Shown here: one piece after another, positions 28,342 through 38,160 of the stretch
How the letters are laid out: each line of letters opens with the position of its first letter
How positions within the stretch are numbered: the stretch's first letter is position 1
Origin: Bacteroidales bacterium
Lineage (GTDB): Bacteria > Bacteroidota > Bacteroidia > Bacteroidales > VadinHA17
DNA: 64,000 nt
Direction: 5' to 3'
Assembly: GCA_022865305.1 (NCBI GenBank)
Contig: JALHSP010000160.1
Location: 6,771 to 70,770, forward strand
Made by a program: the position numbers and the translations under genes
The notes under the pieces: generated by a model
Databases searched by the model: none
Told to the model about the DNA's origin: nothing
The model's input: the letters and a program-made list of their open reading frames with translations, nothing else

Positions 28342-29748
28342 TTAATTAAAATAACTACTCCCATCCCAGCAATGGGTACAAAGCTTCTCTTTCGGTAGCC
28401 CGATTGCGGCAACCAGATCATCCAGACGTTGATAAATAAGAGAATCAAGGTCGAGGTTCTCTGCAATTTTCTCAACCATTTTCTCATATTTCTCAGAATC
28501 CGGGTCAGAATATTCTTTTAGTTCACTGTCGTCTCCGTTCATCTGCTTTATTGCTCTTCGTCCTGCCAGTTCAAGGGGGGTCCGTGACTGTGTAAAATTA
28601 AGAAATTCGCATGGGTATAAGAGAGGCGGACAGGCTATTCTCATATGTAATTCAGCAGCACCACATTTCCGCATGTCATTGGTGTTGTCCTTTAGCTGAG
28701 TTCCTCTTACTATACTGTCATCAATAAAGATCATTCTCTTTCCTTCAATCACTGCTTTATTCGGAATGAGCTTCATCCTTGCCACAAGGTCCCTCTGCGC
28801 CTGAAATGATGGCAGGAAGCTGCGAGGCCATGTTGCTGTGTATTTTGAATAAGCCCGCATATTTGGTATTTTCTTTTCATTTCCATACCCTATGGCGTGC
28901 CCTACTCCTGAATCTGGTATCCCGCATACAAAATCTGCATCAACAGAATCTCTTCGTGCAAGGAAGGCTCCGCACCTGTACCGGCATTCATCAACATTTA
29001 TACCTTCATAATAAGATGGTGGATATCCATAATAGACCCACAGAAATGAACATATCTGCATTCTGTCACCGGGTTTTTTAAGCTGCGTAAAGCCATCATT
29101 TGTCAGGTGAATTATTTCTCCCGCTCCTAAAAAATATTCAAGGTCAAATCCCGTGTTTGGAAAAGAGCATGATTCTGAGGCAACTGCATATGCTCCTTCT
29201 TTTCTGCCTATTACAACAGGAGTCCTGCCGAGCTTATCTCTTGCAGCTATTATTCCATTTTCAGTCAGAATCAGTAATGAACATGATCCTTTAATACTTT
29301 CAAAAACATTTTCAATACCCGATATAAAACTCTCCTTCTCGCAGATCAGGTTGGCAACAACTTCCGTAGGATTGATATTTCCTTCAAAATTTTCCGTAAA
29401 ATGTTTTTTCTGATTAAGGATTCTTTCTTCGAGTTCTGCAATATTGACCAGCCTGCTGACTGTTGCAATAGCAAAACGGCCAAGATGCGAATTAAATAGA
29501 ATGGGCTGAGGATCCGTGTCGCTTATTATACCCATTCCCGAGTTTCCTGTAAACTCCTTTAATTCGTCTTCGAATTTCATTCTGAAATAGGAGTTTTCTA
29601 TGCTGTGAATGGACCGTCGGAATCCTTTTTCCGGAACAATAAAAACCATCCCTGCCCGTTTTGTTCCAAGATGAGAATGGTAATCTGTTCCATAAAAGAC
29701 ATCTTTGACACAGTCTGTCTTTGAGATCACACCAAAAAAACCACTCAT
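28342..29748 (-). CDS. Amidophosphoribosyltransferase-like protein (PurF family) lacking the N-terminal Cys nucleophile
   Basis: PRPP-binding loop MIFIDDSIVRGTQL. The N-terminus MSGFFGVIS aligns to PurF MCGIVGI with Ser replacing Cys1. Confidence 0.75.
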   Translation of the reverse strand: MSGFFGVISKTDCVKDVFYGTDYHSHLGTKRAGMVFIVPEKGFRRSIHSIENSYFRMKFEDELKEFTGNSGMGIISDTDPQPILFNSHLGRFAIATVSRLVNIAELEERILNQKKHFTENFEGNINPTEVVANLICEKESFISGIENVFESIKGSCSLLILTENGIIAARDKLGRTPVVIGRKEGAYAVASESCSFPNTGFDLEYFLGAGEIIHLTNDGFTQLKKPGDRMQICSFLWVYYGYPPSYYEGINVDECRYRCGAFLARRDSVDADFVCGIPDSGVGHAIGYGNEKKIPNMRAYSKYTATWPRSFLPSFQAQRDLVARMKLIPNKAVIEGKRMIFIDDSIVRGTQLKDNTNDMRKCGAAELHMRIACPPLLYPCEFLNFTQSRTPLELAGRRAIKQMNGDDSELKEYSDPDSEKYEKMVEKIAENLDLDSLIYQRLDDLVAAIGLPKEKLCTHCWDGSSYFN

Positions 29749-29837
29749 ATTATTGAATATTAATTAATTATCAAATACCATTTCCTTTGTAAATTTAATC
29801 ATTGAATTGGAAATTATTATATGTAAACGGATATTAT

Positions 29838-29845
29838 TATTTTTG
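29838..29845 (+). promoter_or_regulatory. -7 box TATTTTTG
   Basis: Exact TAnnTTTG, 31 nt before ATG 29876. Confidence 0.4.
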
Positions 29846-29875
29846 CGAACCTAAATCTTTTTAAAAATAAAATAA

Positions 29876-30781
29876 ATGACAGAAATCAAAAACATTACAC
29901 CGCCAGCACAGGTCAACAAAAAGGGAGCTCCGATTGCCATGATCACAACTTCCATTATTCTTGCGGCAGCACTTATTTTTCTGATTGTTATGTATTTCGA
30001 TCAGAAAAATAAAATGATCGAGATGGAAACTGCGCTTACCGAGGAAAAAGATTCTCTGGCAAATGAATTAAGGTTAATGGCAAATGCATATGATACGCTG
30101 AAGACAGATAATGACAGTCTGAATTTAAATCTTGAAAAGGAAAAGAAAAGAATCATTCAGCTGTTATCAATAAATGCATCCAATGTTCAGCTGATCAAAA
30201 AATACAAAAGCGAGCTAACTACAATGAGGGAGATAATGAAAAGCTATATCGTTCAGATTGATTCACTGAATACACGGAATAAAATGCTTATAGCTGAAAA
30301 TACCGAAATCCGGCAGCAAATGACACAGGTGCAGGATATCAATGCTGAACTTTCAAAAGTTAAGGAAGAATTAAATACAAAGGTTGAAATTGCCTCTGTC
30401 ATCCAGGCAAAAGATATCGTTGCGGCGGCATTGAACAAGAAGAGAAAGGAGACAAACAGACTTAATCTGCTTGCTAATTTAAGAATTTGCTTTACCCTTC
30501 GCGAGAATCCAATTGCAACAGCAGGTCCGAAAGAAGTTTTTATGAGAGTTATCAGACCTGATTCTTTGGTTATTACAAGCAGCCCTGATAATCTTTTTGA
30601 TTATAACGGCGACAAACTGATTTACTCGGCGAACCGTACAGCAGATTATTTGAATCAGGATATTGAGATGTGCATATTTATGGACAATACAGGTGATTTT
30701 ATTGCCGGTAATTACAGCGTGGAGCTTTATCTTGAAAATAACATAATCGGCAGAACCAATTTTATGCTTTCAAAGAGATAA
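29876..30781 (+). CDS. Hypothetical membrane-anchored coiled-coil protein
   Basis: One N-terminal TM helix (ITTSIILAAALIFLIVMYF), then a long heptad-like Glu/Lys/Leu-rich stretch and a C-terminal beta-rich domain. No family recognised. Confidence 0.5.
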   Translation: MTEIKNITPPAQVNKKGAPIAMITTSIILAAALIFLIVMYFDQKNKMIEMETALTEEKDSLANELRLMANAYDTLKTDNDSLNLNLEKEKKRIIQLLSINASNVQLIKKYKSELTTMREIMKSYIVQIDSLNTRNKMLIAENTEIRQQMTQVQDINAELSKVKEELNTKVEIASVIQAKDIVAAALNKKRKETNRLNLLANLRICFTLRENPIATAGPKEVFMRVIRPDSLVITSSPDNLFDYNGDKLIYSANRTADYLNQDIEMCIFMDNTGDFIAGNYSVELYLENNIIGRTNFMLSKR

Positions 30782-31933
30782 TTTATTTTCGGAGGGCATC
30801 ATAAATTCTGATATTATATTATCAGATATCATTTTACCCTGGTTCGTAAGAACCAGGTTTTTTTTATCAAGTTTCATAAGACCATAATTTCTGAATTTGC
30901 CTGCCAGATTAATAACGTAGTCATAGCCCTCTTTTTCAAAAGTCCTTTCAACAAATTCAAGATCAATGCCCCACATTGTTCTTAATGATGTCATAATATA
31001 TTCATTGAACCTGGTTTTAATATCCAGCTCTTCTCTTTCGAAAAATGACTTTCCCTTTTTAATATAACTGATGTATTTTTTCAGGTCGCGTACATTCCAC
31101 TGACGGGAATAACCATTAAATGAATGAGCCGACGGACCCAATCCCAGATAGCTTACCTGTTTCCAGTAATTTGTATTATGAGATGAGAAAAACCCTTGTT
31201 TTCCGAAATTTGAAATCTCATATTGTATAAACCCTGCCGATTCTGATTTTTCAATGAGCATATTAAACTGTGCAGCGCTTTCCTCCTCTTCAATTTCTTC
31301 TATCAATCCTTTTTCCTTCATCTTTCCGAAAACAGTTCCAGGTTCAATAGTCAGATGATATGCAGAGAAATGTTTAATATCAAAAGCAAATGAAGTATTG
31401 AGATTATATTCCCAGTCACTTAAACTCATTCCCGGAATTCCGTAAATCAGGTCAATTGTTACGTTTTCAAATCCTGCCTTAAATGCTTCTTTAATTGCAT
31501 TTTCAGCCTGCATGCTGTTGTGCCTTCTGTTCAGCATCTTAAGGTCTTTGTCTGTCCATGATTGAATACCCATGCTTATTCTGTTGATATTAAGATCTTT
31601 CAGACCTTTCATATAATCAGATGTAACATCATCGGGATTTAGCTCAACTGTAATTTCATTGTCTTCATCAACTTTAAACAGCTTTTTCAGATGATCAAGT
31701 ATAATATCCAGCTCTTTTATTGAAAATACTGATGGTGTCCCGCCACCAAAATAAATAGTCGAAACAGTTTCCTTACCCAGATAATCCTGCCTGATTTCTG
31801 CTTCTTTTAAAAGAGCATTAATAAATATCTGGTTATCAGAATCAGGAATTATGTGATAAAAATCACAGTAATTACAGAACTTCCTGCAAAAAGGGATATG
31901 TATATATATGCCTGCCATGCCCGTAAAATGCAA
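30770..31933 (-). CDS. hemW: Radical SAM heme chaperone HemW (HemN-like)
   Basis: IHIPFCRKFCNYCDF radical-SAM motif plus a HemN C-terminal-like domain. The start may be the Met at 31918. Confidence 0.85.
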   Translation of the reverse strand: MHFTGMAGIYIHIPFCRKFCNYCDFYHIIPDSDNQIFINALLKEAEIRQDYLGKETVSTIYFGGGTPSVFSIKELDIILDHLKKLFKVDEDNEITVELNPDDVTSDYMKGLKDLNINRISMGIQSWTDKDLKMLNRRHNSMQAENAIKEAFKAGFENVTIDLIYGIPGMSLSDWEYNLNTSFAFDIKHFSAYHLTIEPGTVFGKMKEKGLIEEIEEEESAAQFNMLIEKSESAGFIQYEISNFGKQGFFSSHNTNYWKQVSYLGLGPSAHSFNGYSRQWNVRDLKKYISYIKKGKSFFEREELDIKTRFNEYIMTSLRTMWGIDLEFVERTFEKEGYDYVINLAGKFRNYGLMKLDKKNLVLTNQGKMISDNIISEFMMPSENKLSL

Positions 31934-31969
31934 CTTCGAAATTTATAAATAAAATATCACTTATTTAAC

Positions 31970-31977
31970 TACTTTTG
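31970..31977 (+). promoter_or_regulatory. -7 box TACTTTTG
   Basis: Exact TAnnTTTG, 15 nt before ATG 31992. Confidence 0.4.
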
Positions 31978-31991
31978 CACCAAACAAAAAA

Positions 31992-32369
31992 ATGATACGT
32001 AAGAATATATTTTCTATAATTACATCGCTGGTGATTCTGTATTTAAGTCTTGAAGGCAGCCAGACATTCAATCCAATAAGTTTCATCAACATTCCTTACA
32101 TTGACAAAATGGGGCATTTCTGTGCCTATTTCCTGCTGATGATTGTTATTATTATTGAACACAGGAACTTTTTTAGAAATACGAGACAATTGCTTCTGGT
32201 AGCTCTTATACCCTTCTTTTTTGGCATTGGTCTGGAGTTCTTACAGTTTTTACTGACTTCCAACCGAAAAGCAGAGGTTCTTGATGCAATATTCAATTCT
32301 GCCGGAATAACAATGGCAATGTTTCTCTGGCTGTTTGTAAAACCTTTTTACAGGGAAAATATCAAATAA
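31992..32369 (+). CDS. VanZ family membrane protein
   Basis: 125 aa, four hydrophobic segments; the DKMGHF and EFLQ motifs are typical of VanZ-like proteins. Confidence 0.65.
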   Translation: MIRKNIFSIITSLVILYLSLEGSQTFNPISFINIPYIDKMGHFCAYFLLMIVIIIEHRNFFRNTRQLLLVALIPFFFGIGLEFLQFLLTSNRKAEVLDAIFNSAGITMAMFLWLFVKPFYRENIK

Positions 32370-32799
32370 ATATTTCTTCCGATTTTGCTGTTCTGACAAG
32401 ATCATATATTGTCTTGTTCCTGAATAACTTTATCAGATCTGTTCTGACTCTTGAAAAATCATCATGAACCGGACATGATTTTTTGCTTCTATCAACGCTG
32501 CTGCAGGTTTCGTTATGTATAATACAATTTGTAAAGATCTCTTCTCCATCAATTGTTTTTACAATATCCAGTAAAGTAATGTTTTTAGAATCCTTCAGAA
32601 GAGAGAATCCTCCATGCGGACCTTTTGTTGAATTAAGAATTTTTTGTTTCGCTAGCTGCTGAAGAATTTTTGCAAGAAAAGGAGTTGGAAGTTCAAGATC
32701 CTTTGCAATCTGTTTGATGCCTGTTTTTCCTTTGGTCTGTGGCAGACTTGCTAAATATATTATTGCCCTTATGCCATACCTGCATGAATTTGAAAGCAT
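32362..32799 (-). CDS. Rrf2 family transcriptional regulator
   Basis: N-terminal wHTH (RYGIRAIIYLA...IAKDLELPTPFLAKILQQL) and a C-terminal Cys cluster (C..C....C). Confidence 0.85.
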   Translation of the reverse strand: MLSNSCRYGIRAIIYLASLPQTKGKTGIKQIAKDLELPTPFLAKILQQLAKQKILNSTKGPHGGFSLLKDSKNITLLDIVKTIDGEEIFTNCIIHNETCSSVDRSKKSCPVHDDFSRVRTDLIKLFRNKTIYDLVRTAKSEEIFI

Positions 32800-32800
32800 T

Positions 32801-33286
32801 CTAATACATTTTTAATGAGATTTTATCTATCCTGATTTTATGCCGGCCTTCTTCAACCTCTGTTTCGATAAATGTTTTAACAATAAGGTAAGCTTCAGAT
32901 TCCGAGATAAACCTGCCAGGTAAAGCACAGATATTTGCATCATTATGGGCCCTTGCCAGTCTGCTTATCTCCTCACTCCAGCATAAAGCGCCTCTTATAC
33001 TCTGGTGCTTATTTACCACCATATTCATTCCGTTGCCGGATCCACATATTGTAATACCCAGATCATACTCCCCTGACGAAACAGCATTTGCAAGCGGATG
33101 ACCAAAATCCGGATAGTCAACTGCTTCTTCTGAAGCACAACCAAAATCCTTAACATCATGCTTCTCTTTAATAAGATATTTATACAATTTCTCCTTCAGA
33201 AAGAAACCTGCATGATCAGATACTATTGCTATCTTTTTCTTCTTCACTATTTTATCATTTTGTAATTTATCAACATTACAACACAA
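32801..33286 (-). CDS. rpiB: Ribose-5-phosphate isomerase B
   Basis: IAIVSDHAGF and ICGSGNGM motifs. The listed start is TTG. GTG at 33248 (giving MKKKKIAIVSDHAG) is the more plausible start. Confidence 0.85.
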   Translation of the reverse strand: MCCNVDKLQNDKIVKKKKIAIVSDHAGFFLKEKLYKYLIKEKHDVKDFGCASEEAVDYPDFGHPLANAVSSGEYDLGITICGSGNGMNMVVNKHQSIRGALCWSEEISRLARAHNDANICALPGRFISESEAYLIVKTFIETEVEEGRHKIRIDKISLKMY

Positions 33287-33803
33287 ATCAATAACTGTGT
33301 TAATTTAAAGAAAAAAATATTCTTATATCTTTTTTATGGTGAAATATTTCATTTTCTTAACGACCTTTTTTATTAATTTTCCGCAATTAACTTTTAAATT
33401 AATTATTGTTTATAAAATGTAAAGAAACTGATGAATAATATTAATAACTCTGATTATTTTCTTTAAAACCTAAGTTTTATCCTGTATTTTTAAATTTGCC
33501 GTAAAGTTGTAATTAAATAAAGTCACTATTTCAACCTTAAATAAACAGTAAAAACTATACATTTGTTTTGTTACCATTGTCAACATTTACGTTCCAACAA
33601 CTGTTAATAATATTGCTAACAGGTTGATTTTCAAAAATGGTATATTTTTTGAGTTGTTAAAAAGATGTTCGCGCATTAATAACTATGAAATAAACAATAA
33701 AATTCATATATATATTTTAACATAATTAACAGCATATTATAATAATCATATATTAAATAATTTAAAGTATATATAATTATAATGTTAATAAAATAAGAGC
33801 TGA

Positions 33804-34757
33804 ATGACCAGGAGACAGCCACCGGACTATATTTCAGAAATAAAAAGAATGAAGGCAAAGAAAAATGCAATCATTCTTGCACATTATTATCAGACAGGAG
33901 ATATTCAGGATATTGCTGATTTTGTTGGTGACAGTCTTGCTCTTTCACAGAAAGCATCTTCAAATAGTGCAGATATAATTCTTTTTGCGGGTGTAAAATT
34001 TATGGCTGAAACAGCAAAAATACTTGCACCGGGAAAAAAGGTTCTGCTTCCTGATATGAATGCAGGATGTTCTCTTGCAGATTCATGCAAAGCAGAAGAT
34101 TTTGTAGAGTTTATTAAGAATAATCCGGGAAGAACTATCGTTACATATGTAAATACTACTGCAGAAATTAAAGCTCTTTCAGATATAGTGTGTACATCAT
34201 CAAATGCTGTTCAGATAATTAATTCACTTCCTAAGGAAGAAAGAATAATTTTTGCACCAGACAGAAATCTTGGAAATTATGTAATTAATAAAACAGGACG
34301 TGATATTGTTGTATGGAATGGTACATGCCATGTTCATGAAGAGTTCTCGCTTGAAGGTATATTAAAGCTTAAAAATGAAAATCCTGAAGCAAAGATTATA
34401 GTTCATCCTGAATGTGAACTGCCTGTAAGAATGATTGCCGATTTTATTGGATCAACATCATCATTGTTGAATTTTACTAAAAAAGACAATGGCAAATGTT
34501 ATATTGTAGCCACAGAACCTGGCATAATTCATCAGATGAAGAAAGAAAATCCTGACAAAAAATATATTCCGGCTCCTCCAAAAGATTCTACCTGCGGTTG
34601 CAGTGAATGCAATTTTATGAAACTGATAACTATGGAAAAAATCTATAAATGTCTTAAAGATGAAACACCGGAAATATTCGTTGAAAAAAATATACTTACT
34701 GATGCACAAAAGCCTATAAAAAGAATGATGGAGATTTCAAAAAAACTTGGTCTGTAG
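33804..34757 (+). CDS. nadA: Quinolinate synthase
   Basis: ILAHYYQ, FMAETAKIL and three Cys-containing segments as in NadA; 317 aa. Confidence 0.9.
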   Translation: MTRRQPPDYISEIKRMKAKKNAIILAHYYQTGDIQDIADFVGDSLALSQKASSNSADIILFAGVKFMAETAKILAPGKKVLLPDMNAGCSLADSCKAEDFVEFIKNNPGRTIVTYVNTTAEIKALSDIVCTSSNAVQIINSLPKEERIIFAPDRNLGNYVINKTGRDIVVWNGTCHVHEEFSLEGILKLKNENPEAKIIVHPECELPVRMIADFIGSTSSLLNFTKKDNGKCYIVATEPGIIHQMKKENPDKKYIPAPPKDSTCGCSECNFMKLITMEKIYKCLKDETPEIFVEKNILTDAQKPIKRMMEISKKLGL

Positions 34758-34760
34758 ATC

Positions 34761-36317
34761 ATGAAAAAAATATTAATAATAATAATTGTTTCTGCTATTA
34801 CAGGCATAATCAGCCCTGCACAAATAAATGAAGTAATTCAGGACGGATACCATGTGTTTAAATACCCGAATGGAGCTATTTCAAGCGAAGGACTGATTAA
34901 AAACGGAAGGCCTGAAGGATTCTGGAAAAGCTATTATGTGACCGGAGTTAAAAAATCTGAAGGTAAGAGAACAAACTTTCTTCTTGACAGTATCTGGATT
35001 TTTTATGATCAGACAGGTGATACAACAGAAAAAATTAGTTATCTGTTCGGAAAGAAAAACGGATATTATTACAGATATAAAAAAGATGCTGCAGCAGGCT
35101 CTTATATATGGTCAAAAGAACTTTTTGCGGGTGATAAAAAAGAAGGAACTGGATATTTTTACTTTCCTGATGGGAAAGTACAGCAAAAAATTTCATACAA
35201 TGCCGGGAAAAAAGAAGGGTTGTCAAAGGAATATGATAAAAATGGAAACATTATAACTCTTCTTGAATACAATAAAGATTTCCTGATAAACAGGGAAAAG
35301 ATAAACAGAACCGATAATAACGGGCTGAAGCAGGGCGGATGGAAGGATTTCTATCCTGATGGCAGTATAAGGTCTGAAAAGACATTCAAGGACGATCTGT
35401 TGCATGGATATTATAAAGAAAAGGATACCCGGGGAAACCTGGTGCTTACCATGTTGTACGATAACGGGGCGATTGTAAAATCAAGAGTTGAGGACGAACC
35501 GGATATTGAAATTGTTGAAAAACGGGATAATAATGGCAGGCTAACCTACCGCGGGCCATACCGCAACAAAATTCCTGTTGGTATTCACAGGGAATTTGGG
35601 ACGGACGGGAAAGTGATCAACGCTTTTCAATATAACGATAATGGGTTATTGTTATCAGAAGGTATAGTTGATGAAGCAGGAAACAGGAACGGAAGGTGGA
35701 AGGATCTGTTTTCAGATGGCAAAGTACAAGCCGAAGGAATGTATACCGATAACAGACGTACAGGCTTGTGGAAATTCTATAATAACTCTGAAAAGGTAGA
35801 ACAAACCGGTTATTATAATAACGGCAGGCCCGACGGAATATGGAAATGGTACTACAACAACGGAGCTTTACTGAGAGAAGAGGAATATTTCCAGGGACAA
35901 CGCGATGGCTCTTATATAGAATATTCTGTTGACGGAGATATTATTACACAAGGTCAGTTTGCTGACGGTGAGAAAAACAGCGAATGGAAATACAAATCAG
36001 GTGATTATACTGAAGAAGGAAAATATATTACAGGGTTGAAAGATGGACAATGGAGATCCTTCTTCCCCAACGGGAAGTTAAAATTTAAAGGTAATTATGT
36101 TCAGGGTAACCCGAACGGTCAGCATGTCTATTATTATGAAAACGGTAAAATAAAAGAAGAACAACAATTCCGTATGGGGATAAGACACAAAACATGGAAA
36201 AAATTTGATGAGGAAGGAACTCCTGTGCTTACAATAACTTATAAAGATGATGTCGAAATCAGTATCAACGGAGTTCAAATAGGTCTTCCTGAAAGTGACA
36301 CAAAGCTTATTAAATAG
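34761..36317 (+). CDS. Secreted MORN/YwqK-type repeat protein
   Basis: More than 15 repeats of the G.W..YY.NGK...EG.Y..GK.DG pattern, plus a signal peptide. Confidence 0.7.
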   Translation: MKKILIIIIVSAITGIISPAQINEVIQDGYHVFKYPNGAISSEGLIKNGRPEGFWKSYYVTGVKKSEGKRTNFLLDSIWIFYDQTGDTTEKISYLFGKKNGYYYRYKKDAAAGSYIWSKELFAGDKKEGTGYFYFPDGKVQQKISYNAGKKEGLSKEYDKNGNIITLLEYNKDFLINREKINRTDNNGLKQGGWKDFYPDGSIRSEKTFKDDLLHGYYKEKDTRGNLVLTMLYDNGAIVKSRVEDEPDIEIVEKRDNNGRLTYRGPYRNKIPVGIHREFGTDGKVINAFQYNDNGLLLSEGIVDEAGNRNGRWKDLFSDGKVQAEGMYTDNRRTGLWKFYNNSEKVEQTGYYNNGRPDGIWKWYYNNGALLREEEYFQGQRDGSYIEYSVDGDIITQGQFADGEKNSEWKYKSGDYTEEGKYITGLKDGQWRSFFPNGKLKFKGNYVQGNPNGQHVYYYENGKIKEEQQFRMGIRHKTWKKFDEEGTPVLTITYKDDVEISINGVQIGLPESDTKLIK

Positions 36318-36329
36318 TTCCTTTGCATC

Positions 36330-37355
36330 ATGGAAGATAACCTTGAATTCAGAAAAGACACCTTTTCAATTGCTGACAGGGAACTTGATAAACAACTTAG
36401 ACCACTAAGCTTCAATGATTTCAAGGGGCAGAAACAAATAATTGATAATCTTGTAGTTTTTGTAGCTGCAGCAAAACAGAGGGGTGAGTCTCTCGATCAT
36501 GTTCTTCTGCATGGTCCTCCGGGTCTGGGAAAAACAACGCTCGCAACAATTATTTCAAATGAACTTAAGGTTAACCTCAGGGTTACATCAGGTCCGGTAC
36601 TTGATAAACCGGGAGATCTGGCAGGATTGCTTACAAACCTGCAGGAAGGAGATGTTCTCTTTATTGATGAGATACACCGGCTCAGCCCTGTTGTTGAGGA
36701 GTACCTTTATTCAGCAATGGAAGACTTCCAGATCGATATTATAATAGACAAAGGACCAAGTGCTAGATCTGTCCAGCTGACTCTTAATAATTTTACCCTT
36801 ATTGGCGCCACAACCAGATCTGGTTTGCTGACAAGTCCGCTGAGAGCTCGGTTTGGTATTAAATTTCATCTTGAATATTACGATCATGAAGTTCTTACTG
36901 GTATTGTCAAACGATCCGCAGGCATCCTTAATATAAAAATTAGTGATGAAGCTGCTGTCGAAATAGCAAAAAGAAGCAGGGGAACACCAAGAATTGCAAA
37001 TGGACTTCTCCGGAGAATAAGAGATTTTGCCCAGATTAAAGGATCAGGCAGGATAGATATTGATATAACGAAATACAGTCTTAATGCTCTTAATATTGAT
37101 CAACACGGCCTTGATGAAATGGACAACAGGATACTTTCAGCAATAGTTGATAAGTTTAACGGTGGTCCGGTCGGACTGAATACAATAGCAACTGCCGTAG
37201 GTGAAGAGAGCGGAACAATAGAAGAAGTATATGAGCCATTCCTTATTAAAGAAGGTTTTCTTAAACGTACTCCGAGAGGCCGGGAAGCCACAGAGCATGC
37301 ATACAAGCACCTTGGAAAAACATTCAGAAAGGATTTAAACGGATCACTGTTCTGA
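36330..37355 (+). CDS. ruvB: Holliday junction branch migration helicase RuvB
   Basis: Walker [10 protein letters not shown], Walker B LFIDEIHR, sensor and wHTH regions; 341 aa. Confidence 0.95.
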   Translation: MEDNLEFRKDTFSIADRELDKQLRPLSFNDFKGQKQIIDNLVVFVAAAKQRGESLDHVLLHGPPGLGKTTLATIISNELKVNLRVTSGPVLDKPGDLAGLLTNLQEGDVLFIDEIHRLSPVVEEYLYSAMEDFQIDIIIDKGPSARSVQLTLNNFTLIGATTRSGLLTSPLRARFGIKFHLEYYDHEVLTGIVKRSAGILNIKISDEAAVEIAKRSRGTPRIANGLLRRIRDFAQIKGSGRIDIDITKYSLNALNIDQHGLDEMDNRILSAIVDKFNGGPVGLNTIATAVGEESGTIEEVYEPFLIKEGFLKRTPRGREATEHAYKHLGKTFRKDLNGSLF

Positions 37356-37389
37356 TAAAAATTAACCTTGTGTTATTCTGAAGGTCTTA

Positions 37390-38100
37390 TTAATTGAATA
37401 CATTGCTAATCTTTTCGAGGCCTTTTCTGTTTAAGATCCTGATCCGTCTTCCGTTAAGCTCAACAAGCTTATCAGATTTAAATTCAGACAGCAACCGTAT
37501 AACTGATTCTGTGGCAGTGCCTACAATATTGGCAAGCTCTTCCCTTGTAAGGGATATCTGCAGATAATTCTGATCGTCAAGGCCAAAATCATTCATAAGG
37601 AAAAGAAGGATTTCAGCGAGCCTCTCCCTTACGGTTTTCTGAGCAATATCTGTAATAAACGAATTTGCTTCCCCAAGCTCATGGCAGGCAAGCTTAAGAA
37701 GCTCCAGGGCATAACCGGAATTGGTCTTAATGAATGAAATAAGTATTTCTGAAGGAATGAAACAAACCAGGCAATCTTCAATAACTTTTGCAGAAGTACA
37801 TGCCACCTCATTGCTAAGGACACTGCGGTATGCAATAATATCACCGGGTTTTGCAAAGCGGATTATCTGTTCTTTACCATCAAGACCTGTTTTGAAAACC
37901 TTAATGATCCCGCTGTTGATGCAATAAAAACCACTTATACGGCTGCCTTCGTGGTATAAAATTTCTCCACGTTTATACTGCCGGAATTGTTTTTCAAAAT
38001 TAATCAGATCAACCTCTTCTCGGGCGAGATGTTTGAAAATAGAACCGGTTTCCATCGCACATTTATCACAATACGGAATATGTACCTCCTGTTGTTTCAT
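37390..38100 (-). CDS. Crp/Fnr family transcriptional regulator
   Basis: cNMP-binding-like beta-roll (GEILYHEG....FYCINSGIIKV) and C-terminal HTH (REELANIVGTATESVIRLLSEF). N-terminal Cys pair CDKC. Confidence 0.85.
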   Translation of the reverse strand: MKQQEVHIPYCDKCAMETGSIFKHLAREEVDLINFEKQFRQYKRGEILYHEGSRISGFYCINSGIIKVFKTGLDGKEQIIRFAKPGDIIAYRSVLSNEVACTSAKVIEDCLVCFIPSEILISFIKTNSGYALELLKLACHELGEANSFITDIAQKTVRERLAEILLFLMNDFGLDDQNYLQISLTREELANIVGTATESVIRLLSEFKSDKLVELNGRRIRILNRKGLEKISNVFN

Positions 38101-38160
38101 TTCCTCCGGGAATTACTATTTAAAGATTAACACTTTCAATTATATGATTGTTCAAATGAT

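Noticed and set aside
33287-33803. The AT-rich 517-bp gap as a replication origin, given that mnmG/gidA is in the window.
   Set aside because: I found no TTATCCACA-type DnaA boxes or clusters of near matches there. It is 13 kb from mnmG and there is no dnaA or dnaN nearby.
34761-36317. The YwqK-type repeat protein as the antitoxin of a toxin-antitoxin pair.
   Set aside because: It is a 518-aa secreted MORN-repeat protein, 3 nt downstream of nadA, with no toxin-like neighbour. The antitoxin label commonly attached to this family is nomenclature only.
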